54,673 bases of DNA, taken from the IMG/VR virus record IMGVR_UViG_3300009026_000012, positions 1 through 54,673 of that record; one strand, given 5' to 3'. Made by a program: the position numbers and the translations under genes. This stretch comes from a virus (Duplodnaviria; Caudoviricetes). Below, piece after piece: positions 1 to 8,226 of the stretch (positions within the stretch are counted from its first letter, which is position 1; every line of letters begins with the position of its first letter). The notes under the pieces are model-generated. The model was not told the origin of the DNA. It saw only the letters and a program-made list of their open reading frames with translations, and did no database searches.

Positions 1-15
1 GGGGCGAACCTAAAC
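1..15. repeat. Terminal direct overlap, left copy (GGGGCGAACCTAAAC)
   Basis: Identical to 54659..54673; implies a circularisable, complete genome. Confidence 0.9.
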
Positions 16-184
16 GCCGGGCTAGGGGGTGTGCTCCGGAGAACCTATTTTTTTCTGGGGGGCTGCAGGGCACGCCCCACGCGGGCCGTAGCCGCTTCGT
101 GGGGGCGTTGTGGATGCTCTAGGTGTTGGCGGGTGCGCCATGTAGAAACGTGCTAGGAGGGGCTAATATGGGGGCTGTACGAGG

Positions 185-922
185 TTAGCGATTTTGGAAA
201 ATATTCTGTCTATCTATCTGTTTGAGGAGGGCGCGCCGGTACATTTCTGGGGCGCGCGGCACGGTCTTGTGTATGGCTGGCTCTAGTGTGGGGGTGCTGG
301 GTATGCGTATGGTGTCGTGGCTTAGGTCCTGCACCATGCGTACCTGTACGCCTCTGCGCCCCCCCTTGCCCCTGCGCTTGGCCTTGCCACGCACTGAGAA
401 TAGGCCACGCCGTGCGCCTAGGTCCATGAATACGAACGAGCGCCCAGCCCCTCCCCTATTGGCGTCTATGGCAGCGGCTACGGTGGCGGCGTTGCGGGCC
501 TTACGGGGTAGCCTGCGCTGTCTGGGGGTAAGTTTGATATTAGCCACCCGGTACGATCTACGGACCATACGCTTAGCGCTGCCCGCTATACGGGCCTCTT
601 TGGTGGGGATAGCAACGCCGTGCCGGCCTTTCTTGCGTTCAACCTTGCCGAATTCTTGGTCTTTCATGTATGACGCTGTGCTGCCCACTGTCGACGTGGG
701 GCGCGCTACGCTGCCCCGCTCTACCTGTATTGAACGCTTTGTAAATTGATTACGGAGCACGAAGCGCTTTTGTATTTCACCTTGCCAAGCGTTGCGCAAA
801 TCGAAGGCTATGCGGACGTTTCCATCGGCCACAGCGTAGGGGACGGCTTTCTTGTAGAGCCTCTCAAGTTGGCCTTGCAATTGGTCGAGGTTGCGCATGT
901 CTAAGCGGGCGGATTCATTCAT
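185..922 (-). CDS. Basic phage protein, possibly virion morphogenesis/tail-completion (gpZ/HK97 gp10-like)
   Basis: 245-aa Arg/Lys-rich ORF transcribed toward the putative cos; product assignment is weak inference. Confidence 0.45.
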   Translation of the reverse strand: MNESARLDMRNLDQLQGQLERLYKKAVPYAVADGNVRIAFDLRNAWQGEIQKRFVLRNQFTKRSIQVERGSVARPTSTVGSTASYMKDQEFGKVERKKGRHGVAIPTKEARIAGSAKRMVRRSYRVANIKLTPRQRRLPRKARNAATVAAAIDANRGGAGRSFVFMDLGARRGLFSVRGKAKRRGKGGRRGVQVRMVQDLSHDTIRIPSTPTLEPAIHKTVPRAPEMYRRALLKQIDRQNIFQNR

Positions 923-970
923 GTGGGGAGAATATCACGCCGGCCACAATCGCGGCAAATTTTAAGAAAA

Positions 971-1297
971 ACGTCACTTCTCACTAAAAGTCCAACGCTC
1001 TGAGAATAGTACCCCCCATGGTAGAAAGTGCTCTTCAAGCGGCTACAAGAGAAAAACAGAGCTTTATTATGTTATAAAATTTATAGATATATATTTAATG
1101 ACGTGGTGACGTAGCCCTACTGGCGCTAAGGCTGCGGGCCGTCACAAGCTAAAAAGAAGTGACGTAGAAGTGACGTTTTAGGGGGATAAGTGACGTAAAC
1201 GAAAAGCGGAAGCGGCTACAAGCGGCTCCACGCCGCTACAAGCGGCTACAAGAAAGAGGGGTATGATTTACGTCACTTCTCTAAATACTAATGACGT
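971..1297. promoter_or_regulatory. Putative replication origin (iterons plus AT-rich tract)
   Basis: AGAAGTGACGT at 1155-1165 and 1166-1176, inverted at 971-981 and 1270-1280; partial copies near 1099, 1106, 1188; AAGCGGCTACAAG at 1037, 1210, 1240; AT-rich tract ~1063-1098; directly downstream of the primase-helicase. Confidence 0.6.
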
Positions 1298-3654
1298 TTT
1301 GGTAGGGCGTGAATATTGAGCACATTTGAGGGGGTTTCGGAGGCGTCTTCTCCGAATGTTTCGAGGTCTCCGGCGATGCACCGAAGCCCCACAAAACCGT
1401 GGTGAGATCCGTCTACTCGGCGGTACTTTATCGGGCTTAACGGACCCACCCCCAGAGCGTCTTTTAACTTAGGTATGAACTTGCGGCGGCCTTCTACTCT
1501 GTCGCTTTCCAGCCACAGGCAATAATCACTATACACGGCCTCGCTGCTACACCTCGCACCGGGCTCTATGACGAGGCGCTCACGTATAAACGCTGCTAGG
1601 GGGTTGTAGCTGTCTAGCATGTCGTTGAGGAGGGGGGCGCACGCGTCGGGCTGGGTGAACTTGAGGGCTCGGGCATTGGTGAGGCCTGCCATGGCCCACG
1701 TGATGATTCCTTGCATTTCGGGCACTAGCTTGTGTTCAAAGAGGTGGAGGTCTTCGCTACCTATGTGAGACTTATCGAAGAGCAAAGGCACGAAACGAGA
1801 CCCCAGCGCCCCCGTGTGGTCGCCTAGGTCGGGTATTGAGTTCCCAGCTAGAACCATACGGGTGTTTAGTTTGACGTCCATGCGGCCGTGCTGGAGCTTG
1901 TGAGCGATCATTTCATCGCCGCCGCTGATCTTCTTAATAGCTTGGCTTATTCGTGCGGCATCCCATGCGTGGATCTTCTGCGGGACATCGCCCTCAAAGA
2001 GTACGGAGGCGTGCTGCACCATGTAGATATAGTTAGGCTCTTTTAATTGGGTGAAGTCTAGGGCTTTGAATGCCTGCGGACCTATGAGCACCTTCAAAAG
2101 GCGGCCTATGGTGCCTTTGCCAGCACGTCCCGGGCCTTTGAGAAACACCACTTTTTGCGGCTCTATGCTCGGGCTTATGCAATAACAAATGATCTCTTTT
2201 AGTAGCTGGATTCTCTCCGGGTCGTTGCTAAAGCACTCCCCGACGAACGCGTCCCAGTGGGGGCACGTGGCGTGCGGGTCCCAGTCAAAAGGGAGCATAT
2301 GTGTGGTTAGGTAGTTCTTACCGTGCGGAAGTAGCTCGAATGTGTACAGGCATAGCACGCCATTAGTGAATATGATCTTGTTATCCAGCGGGCCGAAGTG
2401 CTGCGGGCTATGGCACTGCACCCGGAGCGCCTCCAGTGTGCCGTTAACTAGCGCCATGTTGAGCGGAAAGTCCCCGGCGAACATGTCGCCCATGAGGTGC
2501 TTGATCAGGGAGCCGTTATCCTCGAAGCGCTCCCACACCTTGCCACTGTATGCGTAGAAGCTAATCCCGTCGTGTACGAGGGTGCCGCCCGGGTAGTGGC
2601 GGTTAAGATATAAAAGGGCGTTGTATACGTGCTCATTTTTGACGTAGCCATGCTCGCTAATCTCCGCCTCTCGTTTCTCTTTTTTCTCTGTCGCGGGTTC
2701 GCCTTTCATAGGCTCTAAGCCGGTGCTGTAGAGGCAGATATCTTTACCATCGGCAAGACGTCGAGCCTTCACCGCTTCACACGCTCGCACTATTTCGCCG
2801 TAGCCGAGCCGGTCCCACTTATGGTCCGCCCATTTTTCCATGGATTGTATGAGCTGTCCGCTCTCAAGTATGCGGAGCATTCGCCTTTGGTCGTAGCCGG
2901 TGTGTAGGGCTAGGGTGCCTAGGTACTGGCTCACGGCTTCACTATGAAAGCCTTCGGGCACGTCACCCCGGTGCAAATCCATGAACGTATGCTCCCCGGT
3001 GCCGAGGAGCTTCATACGCTGGTATCGATTTTTGGCGATCTTTTCGAGTAGGACGTCGTCATCCGTGGGACCATTCCATTCAGGGATAGGGCCGTCGGTA
3101 AGGTCTTCTAGCTCGTAGTGGCTCTGTGTGTTGACGTTGCCCGGGCCTAAAAGCCCGTAGTCTGTGAGAAATTGGAGCGCCTGTGGGGTGCAATCCAGTA
3201 GCGTGCCGTCCCCTTGGACCCACTCCTCTGTCATACGAATAAAGCGCGCCGTACCCTCCCCGGCACCCGTGTAGAACTCTAGGCCGTACTCTTTCGAGCG
3301 GTTCCTGTGCTCCGGCAAGGCGGACAAATCGCACCACATATAAATATGATAGCCGTCCCCACTCGTGGAGCGCTCGGCGGGTGTACCGGGGAAGCGTGCG
3401 AAGAGGTCGGCCACGATTGCAGGGCGTTGGGAGGCGTGGTCGATATCAAGGCACACTAAGCCGTGCCCGTTGAGCACAGGCCCAAAACCCGCTACGCCCG
3501 GGGCGGTTGTTAGAGCCTTGGCGGTTTTGTAGTCGTATTGGTTCTCGGGGAGCTGCCACTTATCGAAGGGCGCGCCGCCTATGCCGCAGGGGGCTTTTTT
3601 TGCGTTGCACGTAAAATATTTTACACCAAGGTACGACCAATCGAAGGCACTCAC
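1288..3654 (-). CDS. Primase-polymerase/SF3 (D5/P4-like) helicase
   Basis: N-terminal AEP motifs LVCLDIDH and ERSTSGDGYHIY; D5_N-like FTNGVL...HGKNYLT...FDWDP; Walker A GPGRAGKGT. Start moved to GTG 3654, which overlaps the upstream stop (GTGA). Confidence 0.9.
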   Translation of the reverse strand: MSAFDWSYLGVKYFTCNAKKAPCGIGGAPFDKWQLPENQYDYKTAKALTTAPGVAGFGPVLNGHGLVCLDIDHASQRPAIVADLFARFPGTPAERSTSGDGYHIYMWCDLSALPEHRNRSKEYGLEFYTGAGEGTARFIRMTEEWVQGDGTLLDCTPQALQFLTDYGLLGPGNVNTQSHYELEDLTDGPIPEWNGPTDDDVLLEKIAKNRYQRMKLLGTGEHTFMDLHRGDVPEGFHSEAVSQYLGTLALHTGYDQRRMLRILESGQLIQSMEKWADHKWDRLGYGEIVRACEAVKARRLADGKDICLYSTGLEPMKGEPATEKKEKREAEISEHGYVKNEHVYNALLYLNRHYPGGTLVHDGISFYAYSGKVWERFEDNGSLIKHLMGDMFAGDFPLNMALVNGTLEALRVQCHSPQHFGPLDNKIIFTNGVLCLYTFELLPHGKNYLTTHMLPFDWDPHATCPHWDAFVGECFSNDPERIQLLKEIICYCISPSIEPQKVVFLKGPGRAGKGTIGRLLKVLIGPQAFKALDFTQLKEPNYIYMVQHASVLFEGDVPQKIHAWDAARISQAIKKISGGDEMIAHKLQHGRMDVKLNTRMVLAGNSIPDLGDHTGALGSRFVPLLFDKSHIGSEDLHLFEHKLVPEMQGIITWAMAGLTNARALKFTQPDACAPLLNDMLDSYNPLAAFIRERLVIEPGARCSSEAVYSDYCLWLESDRVEGRRKFIPKLKDALGVGPLSPIKYRRVDGSHHGFVGLRCIAGDLETFGEDASETPSNVLNIHALPKRH

Positions 3655-4076
3655 CCGCCCACCTTCGAAACAGGACGAAGGCCTATAAGCGGATAGGGGA
3701 GAACGTCTAGGCCGCGATTGTAGCCCCAGAGGTACTGGAACCACGCGTAAGCGAAGGCTGTCAAAGAGCTGTACGAAATTAGCAGGATGGGGGGGCGCGT
3801 TGTACAGTAGGCGACCAGCCCCTCCCCGTCTATTTCTAAGTGGGACACTTTGCTCATGGGTAGGTCTTCTGGCTCGGCGATAGAGGCCCCCGACAAGATA
3901 ACATCCTCGCGCACGCGGGAGGCTACGAACTCGTTCTCCGAGTTGGTGCGGTGCACGAGTTCGCATAGCACTAGGACTCTACGTAGGTCCATTTTAGTGA
4001 GGGGGGAGTCTGGGTCGAGAGGCGCCGAGGCGTTAAAATCTTCTAATTTTAGGGGTCGGTATTCTGGGCCAGTCAT
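3651..4076 (-). CDS. Hypothetical protein
   Basis: ATG 4076 preceded by GGAG; stop overlaps the primase start. Confidence 0.65.
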   Translation of the reverse strand: MTGPEYRPLKLEDFNASAPLDPDSPLTKMDLRRVLVLCELVHRTNSENEFVASRVREDVILSGASIAEPEDLPMSKVSHLEIDGEGLVAYCTTRPPILLISYSSLTAFAYAWFQYLWGYNRGLDVLPYPLIGLRPVSKVGG

Positions 4077-4117
4077 GGCAAGGGTCTCCGTTTTTGTTGT
4101 CTCCCGGTATTTATTAG

Positions 4118-4186
4118 AAATAGCTCCCCGGCTGATCCGATGCAACAAGGCCGGGAGTAGGCGCAAACATCACCGGGGAGCTATTT
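4118..4186 (-). promoter_or_regulatory. Long hairpin in the 5' leader of the primase operon
   Basis: Perfect 14-bp inverted repeat AAATAGCTCCCCGG (4118-4131) / CCGGGGAGCTATTT (4173-4186). Confidence 0.65.
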
Positions 4187-4192
4187 GTATGG

Positions 4193-4221
4193 ATTGTAGG
4201 ACGTCTTGGCCGCGCCGTCAA
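4193..4221 (-). promoter_or_regulatory. Sigma70-type promoter
   Basis: TTGACG-17 bp-TACAAT on the minus strand. Confidence 0.65.
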
Positions 4222-4228
4222 TCCGGCA

Positions 4229-4369
4229 TTAGGTCCGCATTGCTGCGAAGCAGTAAATCGCAGCGGATATAAAAAACGTGTATGAGACCATTCCGCTTGT
4301 GATGGTGCCCGTATAAATAAAAAGTAGGCAAGATAAGGCAAACATAGTGCGTTTTTTAATGTTGTCCAT
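4229..4369 (-). CDS. Small putative membrane protein (46 aa)
   Basis: Hand translation MDNIKKRTMFALSCLLFIYTGTITSGMVSYTFFISAAIYCFAAMRT; hydrophobic; not in the ORF track. Confidence 0.45.
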   Translation of the reverse strand: MDNIKKRTMFALSCLLFIYTGTITSGMVSYTFFISAAIYCFAAMRT

Positions 4370-4432
4370 GGGTCTTGTTCCTTGTTTCACAAACACATCG
4401 ATAAAGAGACCTAAAGGCTCGTGATCTTTTTG

Positions 4433-4618
4433 TTATATTTCAATCTCCACCATCTGGACGCCATCATCACCGCCGTAAGTTTCACACCAAGCGACGGCAA
4501 GTGTTGATCCACATGTAGCTTCTCCGTTAAGGGCGGTCAGCGCGTCACCCCTATCAGTGAACACCACACCCTCAACCGAGCCGTCAATCATCGTCTTTTT
4601 AATCAAATAAGCCTTCAT
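4433..4618 (-). CDS. Hypothetical protein
   Basis: 61-aa ORF with GGAG RBS in an AT-richer segment. Confidence 0.65.
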   Translation of the reverse strand: MKAYLIKKTMIDGSVEGVVFTDRGDALTALNGEATCGSTLAVAWCETYGGDDGVQMVEIEI

Positions 4619-4626
4619 ACCTTCTC

Positions 4627-4878
4627 CTACTTGGCTATGCTGGGTGGGTTTTGCTCTTTGACTCTGCTCTTGTCAACATATCTAATTCTTTTATGGCTAT
4701 CGGTTCCCTGCCAATACATTCGTCCGAAAACAACTATTTTTAACTTACCTGTTCTCGTCTCTTTAATGGGGATACATTTCATGGCGTAGGTTTTTCTTGA
4801 TTTTCCTATACAGTGACTGCACATCAGCTTATGCGTGGCGCACTCAGCATCGTATTCGGCAAACTCTGATTCCTTCAT
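4627..4878 (-). CDS. Hypothetical protein
   Basis: 83-aa ORF, GGGGAG RBS, tight packing. Confidence 0.65.
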   Translation of the reverse strand: MKESEFAEYDAECATHKLMCSHCIGKSRKTYAMKCIPIKETRTGKLKIVVFGRMYWQGTDSHKRIRYVDKSRVKEQNPPSIAK

Positions 4879-5163
4879 CTATCTCCCCTTATCTACGCTG
4901 GGTGGGTTAATATCAACAACATGAATCTTACAATATTTCTTTTCTGGCATATTCGTATAGCCAAAAGCTTTTGCGTAATAGTGGGTTCGATTTATTGCGT
5001 CTCTTGCAGACTTTCTGTCTGAAAAAACTGTTCTGTTATAGCCTTCATTCGGCCAAGCAAGAATTCCATCAAGCGGAAGCTTATCGTCATCGCTTTTCTC
5101 GATACAAAGCACCATCTCGTAGTCTTCACAAGTCTCAACAACTATAAAACCCCTGTTCACCAT
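4879..5163 (-). CDS. Hypothetical protein
   Basis: 94-aa ORF abutting its neighbours. Confidence 0.65.
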   Translation of the reverse strand: MVNRGFIVVETCEDYEMVLCIEKSDDDKLPLDGILAWPNEGYNRTVFSDRKSARDAINRTHYYAKAFGYTNMPEKKYCKIHVVDINPPSVDKGR

Positions 5164-5164
5164 C

Positions 5165-5395
5165 TTAGGGGCTCCCTTTAATTTGTCGGGGGTTAACGCG
5201 CCGACACGCTCGCCAGATATCCCGACAGGCTTGGCATGTTATTTGCTTATGTGTGGTCGGCACGGTGGACATTCCGAGTTTTTCATCCCCACCATCCATC
5301 CCGCATACCGTGTCGTATGTACCCCGGTGCGTAGCGATGTGGTTGTCGAGCTCTCCGTCGGCCACAATGGCTATGGTTGATCTAGGCATGTTCAT
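5165..5395 (-). CDS. Hypothetical protein, possibly Zn-binding
   Basis: H...CG...TCQAC pattern; ATGA overlap. Confidence 0.6.
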   Translation of the reverse strand: MNMPRSTIAIVADGELDNHIATHRGTYDTVCGMDGGDEKLGMSTVPTTHKQITCQACRDIWRACRRVNPRQIKGSP

Positions 5396-5649
5396 CCCTC
5401 GCTGCTTTTCTTAGCCGGGCAAAAGTGCAACCCCGCGCTACGGCCAAACAAGGCACCGCACTGGCACCGCTTACCACCCCCAGAAAGGGACCATACGTAT
5501 GCTTTTACCTCCTCCATGCAGAAAGGGCAGTCGAACCAGATAACCCGGCTAGAGGGAGGCTCTACGGCGTCGCTGTGCACGGTGTAAAGCCGGCGCTCCA
5601 CCTTGTCGGGGTTTTGCGCGGCATACTCAAAGCTCATTTTTTTGGGCAT
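5392..5649 (-). CDS. Zn-ribbon hypothetical protein
   Basis: CPFC...CQCG; GAGGAGG RBS. Confidence 0.65.
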   Translation of the reverse strand: MPKKMSFEYAAQNPDKVERRLYTVHSDAVEPPSSRVIWFDCPFCMEEVKAYVWSLSGGGKRCQCGALFGRSAGLHFCPAKKSSEG

Positions 5650-5957
5650 ACGTCCTCCTCTAAAGCATCGCCCACACGGCGGTGGAGCTCAGCCTTCCAT
5701 TTTCGGCTAATATGTTCCGCCACGGCCACGGGGGTGGGGGTTCCGCCGTTTAGGTCTGCGTAGTCTTGGCTAGAAAGGTTCTCTAGTAGCTTGTAGCTCC
5801 CTCTACTACTCCGGAAAAGCCCCACCAACATGAGCCCCGGCAAGTTAGACGGGGAGGTTAGGCCCAGTTGCCCGTACCCCATATTTTTGCTCACTCGCGC
5901 GAGGATCTCCCCCGCGTTGCGGTAGTCCTCGTATCCTCCTGTTATTGTTCTGGGCAT
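5634..5957 (-). CDS. Hypothetical protein
   Basis: Start moved to MPRTITGG with GGGAGG RBS. Confidence 0.55.
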   Translation of the reverse strand: MPRTITGGYEDYRNAGEILARVSKNMGYGQLGLTSPSNLPGLMLVGLFRSSRGSYKLLENLSSQDYADLNGGTPTPVAVAEHISRKWKAELHRRVGDALEEDVCPKK

Positions 5958-6235
5958 ACGTAAGCCTCCCACAGGATGGTGCAAACGACCCTCCAAAAAC
6001 TTAGCGTTATAGTTATGGGGCGCGTTGGCCCCTCCCCTATGCCTATCCAGCCGGCGCGCTTCCATTCCTCCAAGAGCGAGCCCTCCCTCCGGCTCACCAT
6101 GGAGCGGTCTAGCTGTTTGCTGTTTAACATGAGGTGTTGCACGTAAGGCATGAGCCGAAGCTCTTCGAGGGTTATCTCGCGCCCCAGCTTGGCGACGGCG
6201 ATAGCTTGTATCTCTTTCGTTAACTGTCCGCGCAT
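5942..6235 (-). CDS. Hypothetical protein
   Basis: Start moved to MRGQLTK with GGAGGT RBS. Confidence 0.65.
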   Translation of the reverse strand: MRGQLTKEIQAIAVAKLGREITLEELRLMPYVQHLMLNSKQLDRSMVSRREGSLLEEWKRAGWIGIGEGPTRPITITLSFWRVVCTILWEAYVCPEQ

Positions 6236-6281
6236 GGCGCACCTCCGATAAAAAAGTCCCCCGTCCGTGGGGGTGTGAGTG

Positions 6282-6461
6282 TTATATGTAGTTGCGCTTG
6301 GAGCGTAGAGAGAGGTGATTCTCCCGGGCCTCAATCGTCGAGCGGGTAGGGCTGCGCCCAGCTATGCGCTCGGGGTAACACCCTTGTAGGATGTTTTGGC
6401 GGTTAACTTCGGCGGCGCGTTGGCCCAGTCTGTAGGGTTTATTTTTCTTGGACTTGCTCAT
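6282..6461 (-). CDS. Small basic hypothetical protein
   Basis: MSKSKKNK start with AGGAGGT RBS. Confidence 0.55.
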   Translation of the reverse strand: MSKSKKNKPYRLGQRAAEVNRQNILQGCYPERIAGRSPTRSTIEARENHLSLRSKRNYI

Positions 6462-6473
6462 GGTGTACACCTC

Positions 6474-6653
6474 CTAGGTGTGGTTGGGTTCGGCAATCGA
6501 GAAGCGTATCTCCGGGACCAAGTCCCCCGCCTCGTTCCGGACGTAAGTAGCGCTAATTTCGCGGATGGCTTCATGTGTGCGCCAATCTAGGCCCTCTAGG
6601 GCAGTTTTAACCCCTAAGCCTAAGTCTAACGCGGTCTCTTTATTAACTCCCAT
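6474..6653 (-). CDS. Hypothetical protein (first gene after promoter module 1)
   Basis: ATG follows the repeat-encoded GGGAGCACGACA. Confidence 0.65.
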   Translation of the reverse strand: MGVNKETALDLGLGVKTALEGLDWRTHEAIREISATYVRNEAGDLVPEIRFSIAEPNHT

Positions 6654-6741
6654 TGTCGTGCTCCCGTTTCGTTGTTGTTGGGAGTATTGTACTCTTGTTG
6701 GCGGTAGTGTCAACAAGTATTTTACAATCTTTTTTGATCGG
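6654..6741 (-). promoter_or_regulatory. Repeated promoter/leader/RBS module, copy 1
   Basis: A-rich upstream tract, TTGACA (6713-6708), 16 bp, TACAAT (6691-6686), leader CAACAACAACGAAACGGGAG. Confidence 0.85.
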
Positions 6742-7210
6742 TATATATGCCCGGGTCGTACATGTCGAGGGTGCCGAGCTTCGTCGCGGAAGGCTCGAAC
6801 GTCTTCGGCACTCCGTTCTCTAGCATGTAGAAGATACGCTTAGCGGCGCCCCTTGGGGTGTTGTCCTCCTCCGCCCATCGCGACTCAAAACACCACTCCC
6901 ACACGGGCTCGTACACCCTAGCTCCGAAAAACACCTTGCTGTACCGGTCCCACGTGAGCCCGTCGAGGTCGTCCCCGTTACCTATGCCCGCTGCAGGGCC
7001 ATGCCCTAGCGCACACGCCACGGTGCCGCAACCCTCATACCCGTCGTTGTAGGCGGAAAGCACCCCGTTTGCCGTGCTGTTACCTTGGGCGAAATAGTAC
7101 TCCATATCGAAGTGGGTATAGTCCTCGGGCAAGTCCCATAAGTAGCGGGCTAGCTTTAAAAGGTTCTCTTTGTGCGTGTCGGTTAGCTGTAGCTCGAACT
7201 TAGTAGACAT
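6722..7210 (-). CDS. CGTVAC-motif protein, paralog 1
   Basis: Shares ENLLKLARYLWDLPE, FDME, GCGTVACAxGHGPAAG and DNTPRGAAKRIFYMLE with 10810..11229 and 17854..18264. Confidence 0.85.
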   Translation of the reverse strand: MSTKFELQLTDTHKENLLKLARYLWDLPEDYTHFDMEYYFAQGNSTANGVLSAYNDGYEGCGTVACALGHGPAAGIGNGDDLDGLTWDRYSKVFFGARVYEPVWEWCFESRWAEEDNTPRGAAKRIFYMLENGVPKTFEPSATKLGTLDMYDPGIYTDQKRL

Positions 7211-7592
7211 CGACGGCCTCCAGTGTTTTGGTTTTCATGTTAAAGCGGCACGTATATTGCACGGACTCCCAGCGCCCGCCCAACGTCTTGAACTCTACGT
7301 CCCCCCCACCGATAAAAAATGCCCCCTTAGCCCAGCTCACCTCTCTAACGAAAGTAGGCTCTAGTGCGCCCACCCACCGCGCGCCGAATTTTGCGCGGGC
7401 TTCGACTTGGACGAAGCACTCGCGGTCGGCACCCGAGGAGGTGAAGGCCTCCAGAACGTGCACCGGGTGGAGCTCGTCTACCAATGTGGCCGAACCTGTC
7501 ACCCCCGAAAGGGCGAGCACTACCACTAAGCCGAGGAGGCAGCACGGACCGGCAAAATCGCCTAGGCCCATAAATCTATATTTAGCTATCAT
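7200..7592 (-). CDS. Hypothetical protein with N-terminal hydrophobic segment
   Basis: LLGLVVVLALSG segment; overlaps neighbours. Confidence 0.55.
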   Translation of the reverse strand: MIAKYRFMGLGDFAGPCCLLGLVVVLALSGVTGSATLVDELHPVHVLEAFTSSGADRECFVQVEARAKFGARWVGALEPTFVREVSWAKGAFFIGGGDVEFKTLGGRWESVQYTCRFNMKTKTLEAVDVY

Positions 7593-7821
7593 TGGTAAGT
7601 ACCGTGTTGTCTGTTATGCGTGTGATTAGCGGGGGGGCTTCGGCCAAACGTACGCGCTTAGGAGCCCCGTAGGCCTCCGCCGCTGCTTCGTTACGGATTG
7701 CGAGGCATTCCATTAGATTGCCCGTCATAACGCACCGAGCGCCGTCGTAGACGCCGTGCGAGCAACTAGGCCCGCGCATTTCTTCGACGGGCAGGGGTCG
7801 TACTTCGTATAGGTATCTCAT
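7582..7821 (-). CDS. Hypothetical protein
   Basis: 79-aa ORF, GGAGG RBS, ATGA overlap. Confidence 0.6.
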   Translation of the reverse strand: MRYLYEVRPLPVEEMRGPSCSHGVYDGARCVMTGNLMECLAIRNEAAAEAYGAPKRVRLAEAPPLITRITDNTVLTNDS

Positions 7822-8069
7822 TGGCCCACCTCCACTAGGTTGAAGTCTGACTCATCGAAACACACTAAGGTGGGCGCGCCCGTTGTCGTGTGGTCCCCCG
7901 AGATCTCATATAAGTAGGTAAACTCGGCGGCGCCTTTGTGCGTGACTCGGGCCTTTGCGGCCACATCGTTGGCCCACGCTTTTACGCGGTGCGGCTCTTT
8001 AAGGTGCCGCCCCATGTAGTCCTCTAGGCTACGCACCCCGCTAGGGCTCAAACCTTGTATTTGTTTCAT
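7818..8069 (-). CDS. Hypothetical protein
   Basis: Start moved to MKQIQG with GGAG RBS. Confidence 0.55.
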   Translation of the reverse strand: MKQIQGLSPSGVRSLEDYMGRHLKEPHRVKAWANDVAAKARVTHKGAAEFTYLYEISGDHTTTGAPTLVCFDESDFNLVEVGQ

Positions 8070-8226
8070 CGTTTGCGTTCTCCGTTTTCTTGTTTTGATG
8101 TTCGGCCACAGCGGCGAGAAATAGGTCCGCGTGGAGCTCTTCGCGGAACCCGGCGACGACTCGGCCATCTTCGTAGATGAACCAGCCCCCGCCCCCGCGC
8201 TGCTTATTTAAAGAACGCGCCACCAT
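8041..8226 (-). CDS. Hypothetical protein
   Basis: 61-aa ORF in packed operon. Confidence 0.5.
   Translation of the reverse strand: MVARSLNKQRGGGGWFIYEDGRVVAGFREELHADLFLAAVAEHQNKKTENANDETNTRFEP

Noticed and set aside
72-108. GC-rich hairpin near the left end with passing resemblance to a type I-C CRISPR repeat
   Set aside because: Single copy, short match, no ATTGAAAC end; chance similarity is likely
3655-3966. N-terminal extension of the 892-aa primase ORF
   Set aside because: Overlaps the upstream gene on the same strand; GTG 3654 with stop/start coupling is more plausible
6248-6275. Possible terminator CCCC-ACGGAC-GGGG followed by a T run on the minus strand
   Set aside because: Only a 4-bp stem separated from the T run; too weak to call
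6654-6716. Shared N-terminal peptide MLTLPPTRVQ...QQQRNGSTT in ORF-track entries 6474, 11748 and 12065
   Set aside because: It is the translated promoter repeat starting at a TTG in or next to the -35 box, with no RBS; true starts follow GGGAG
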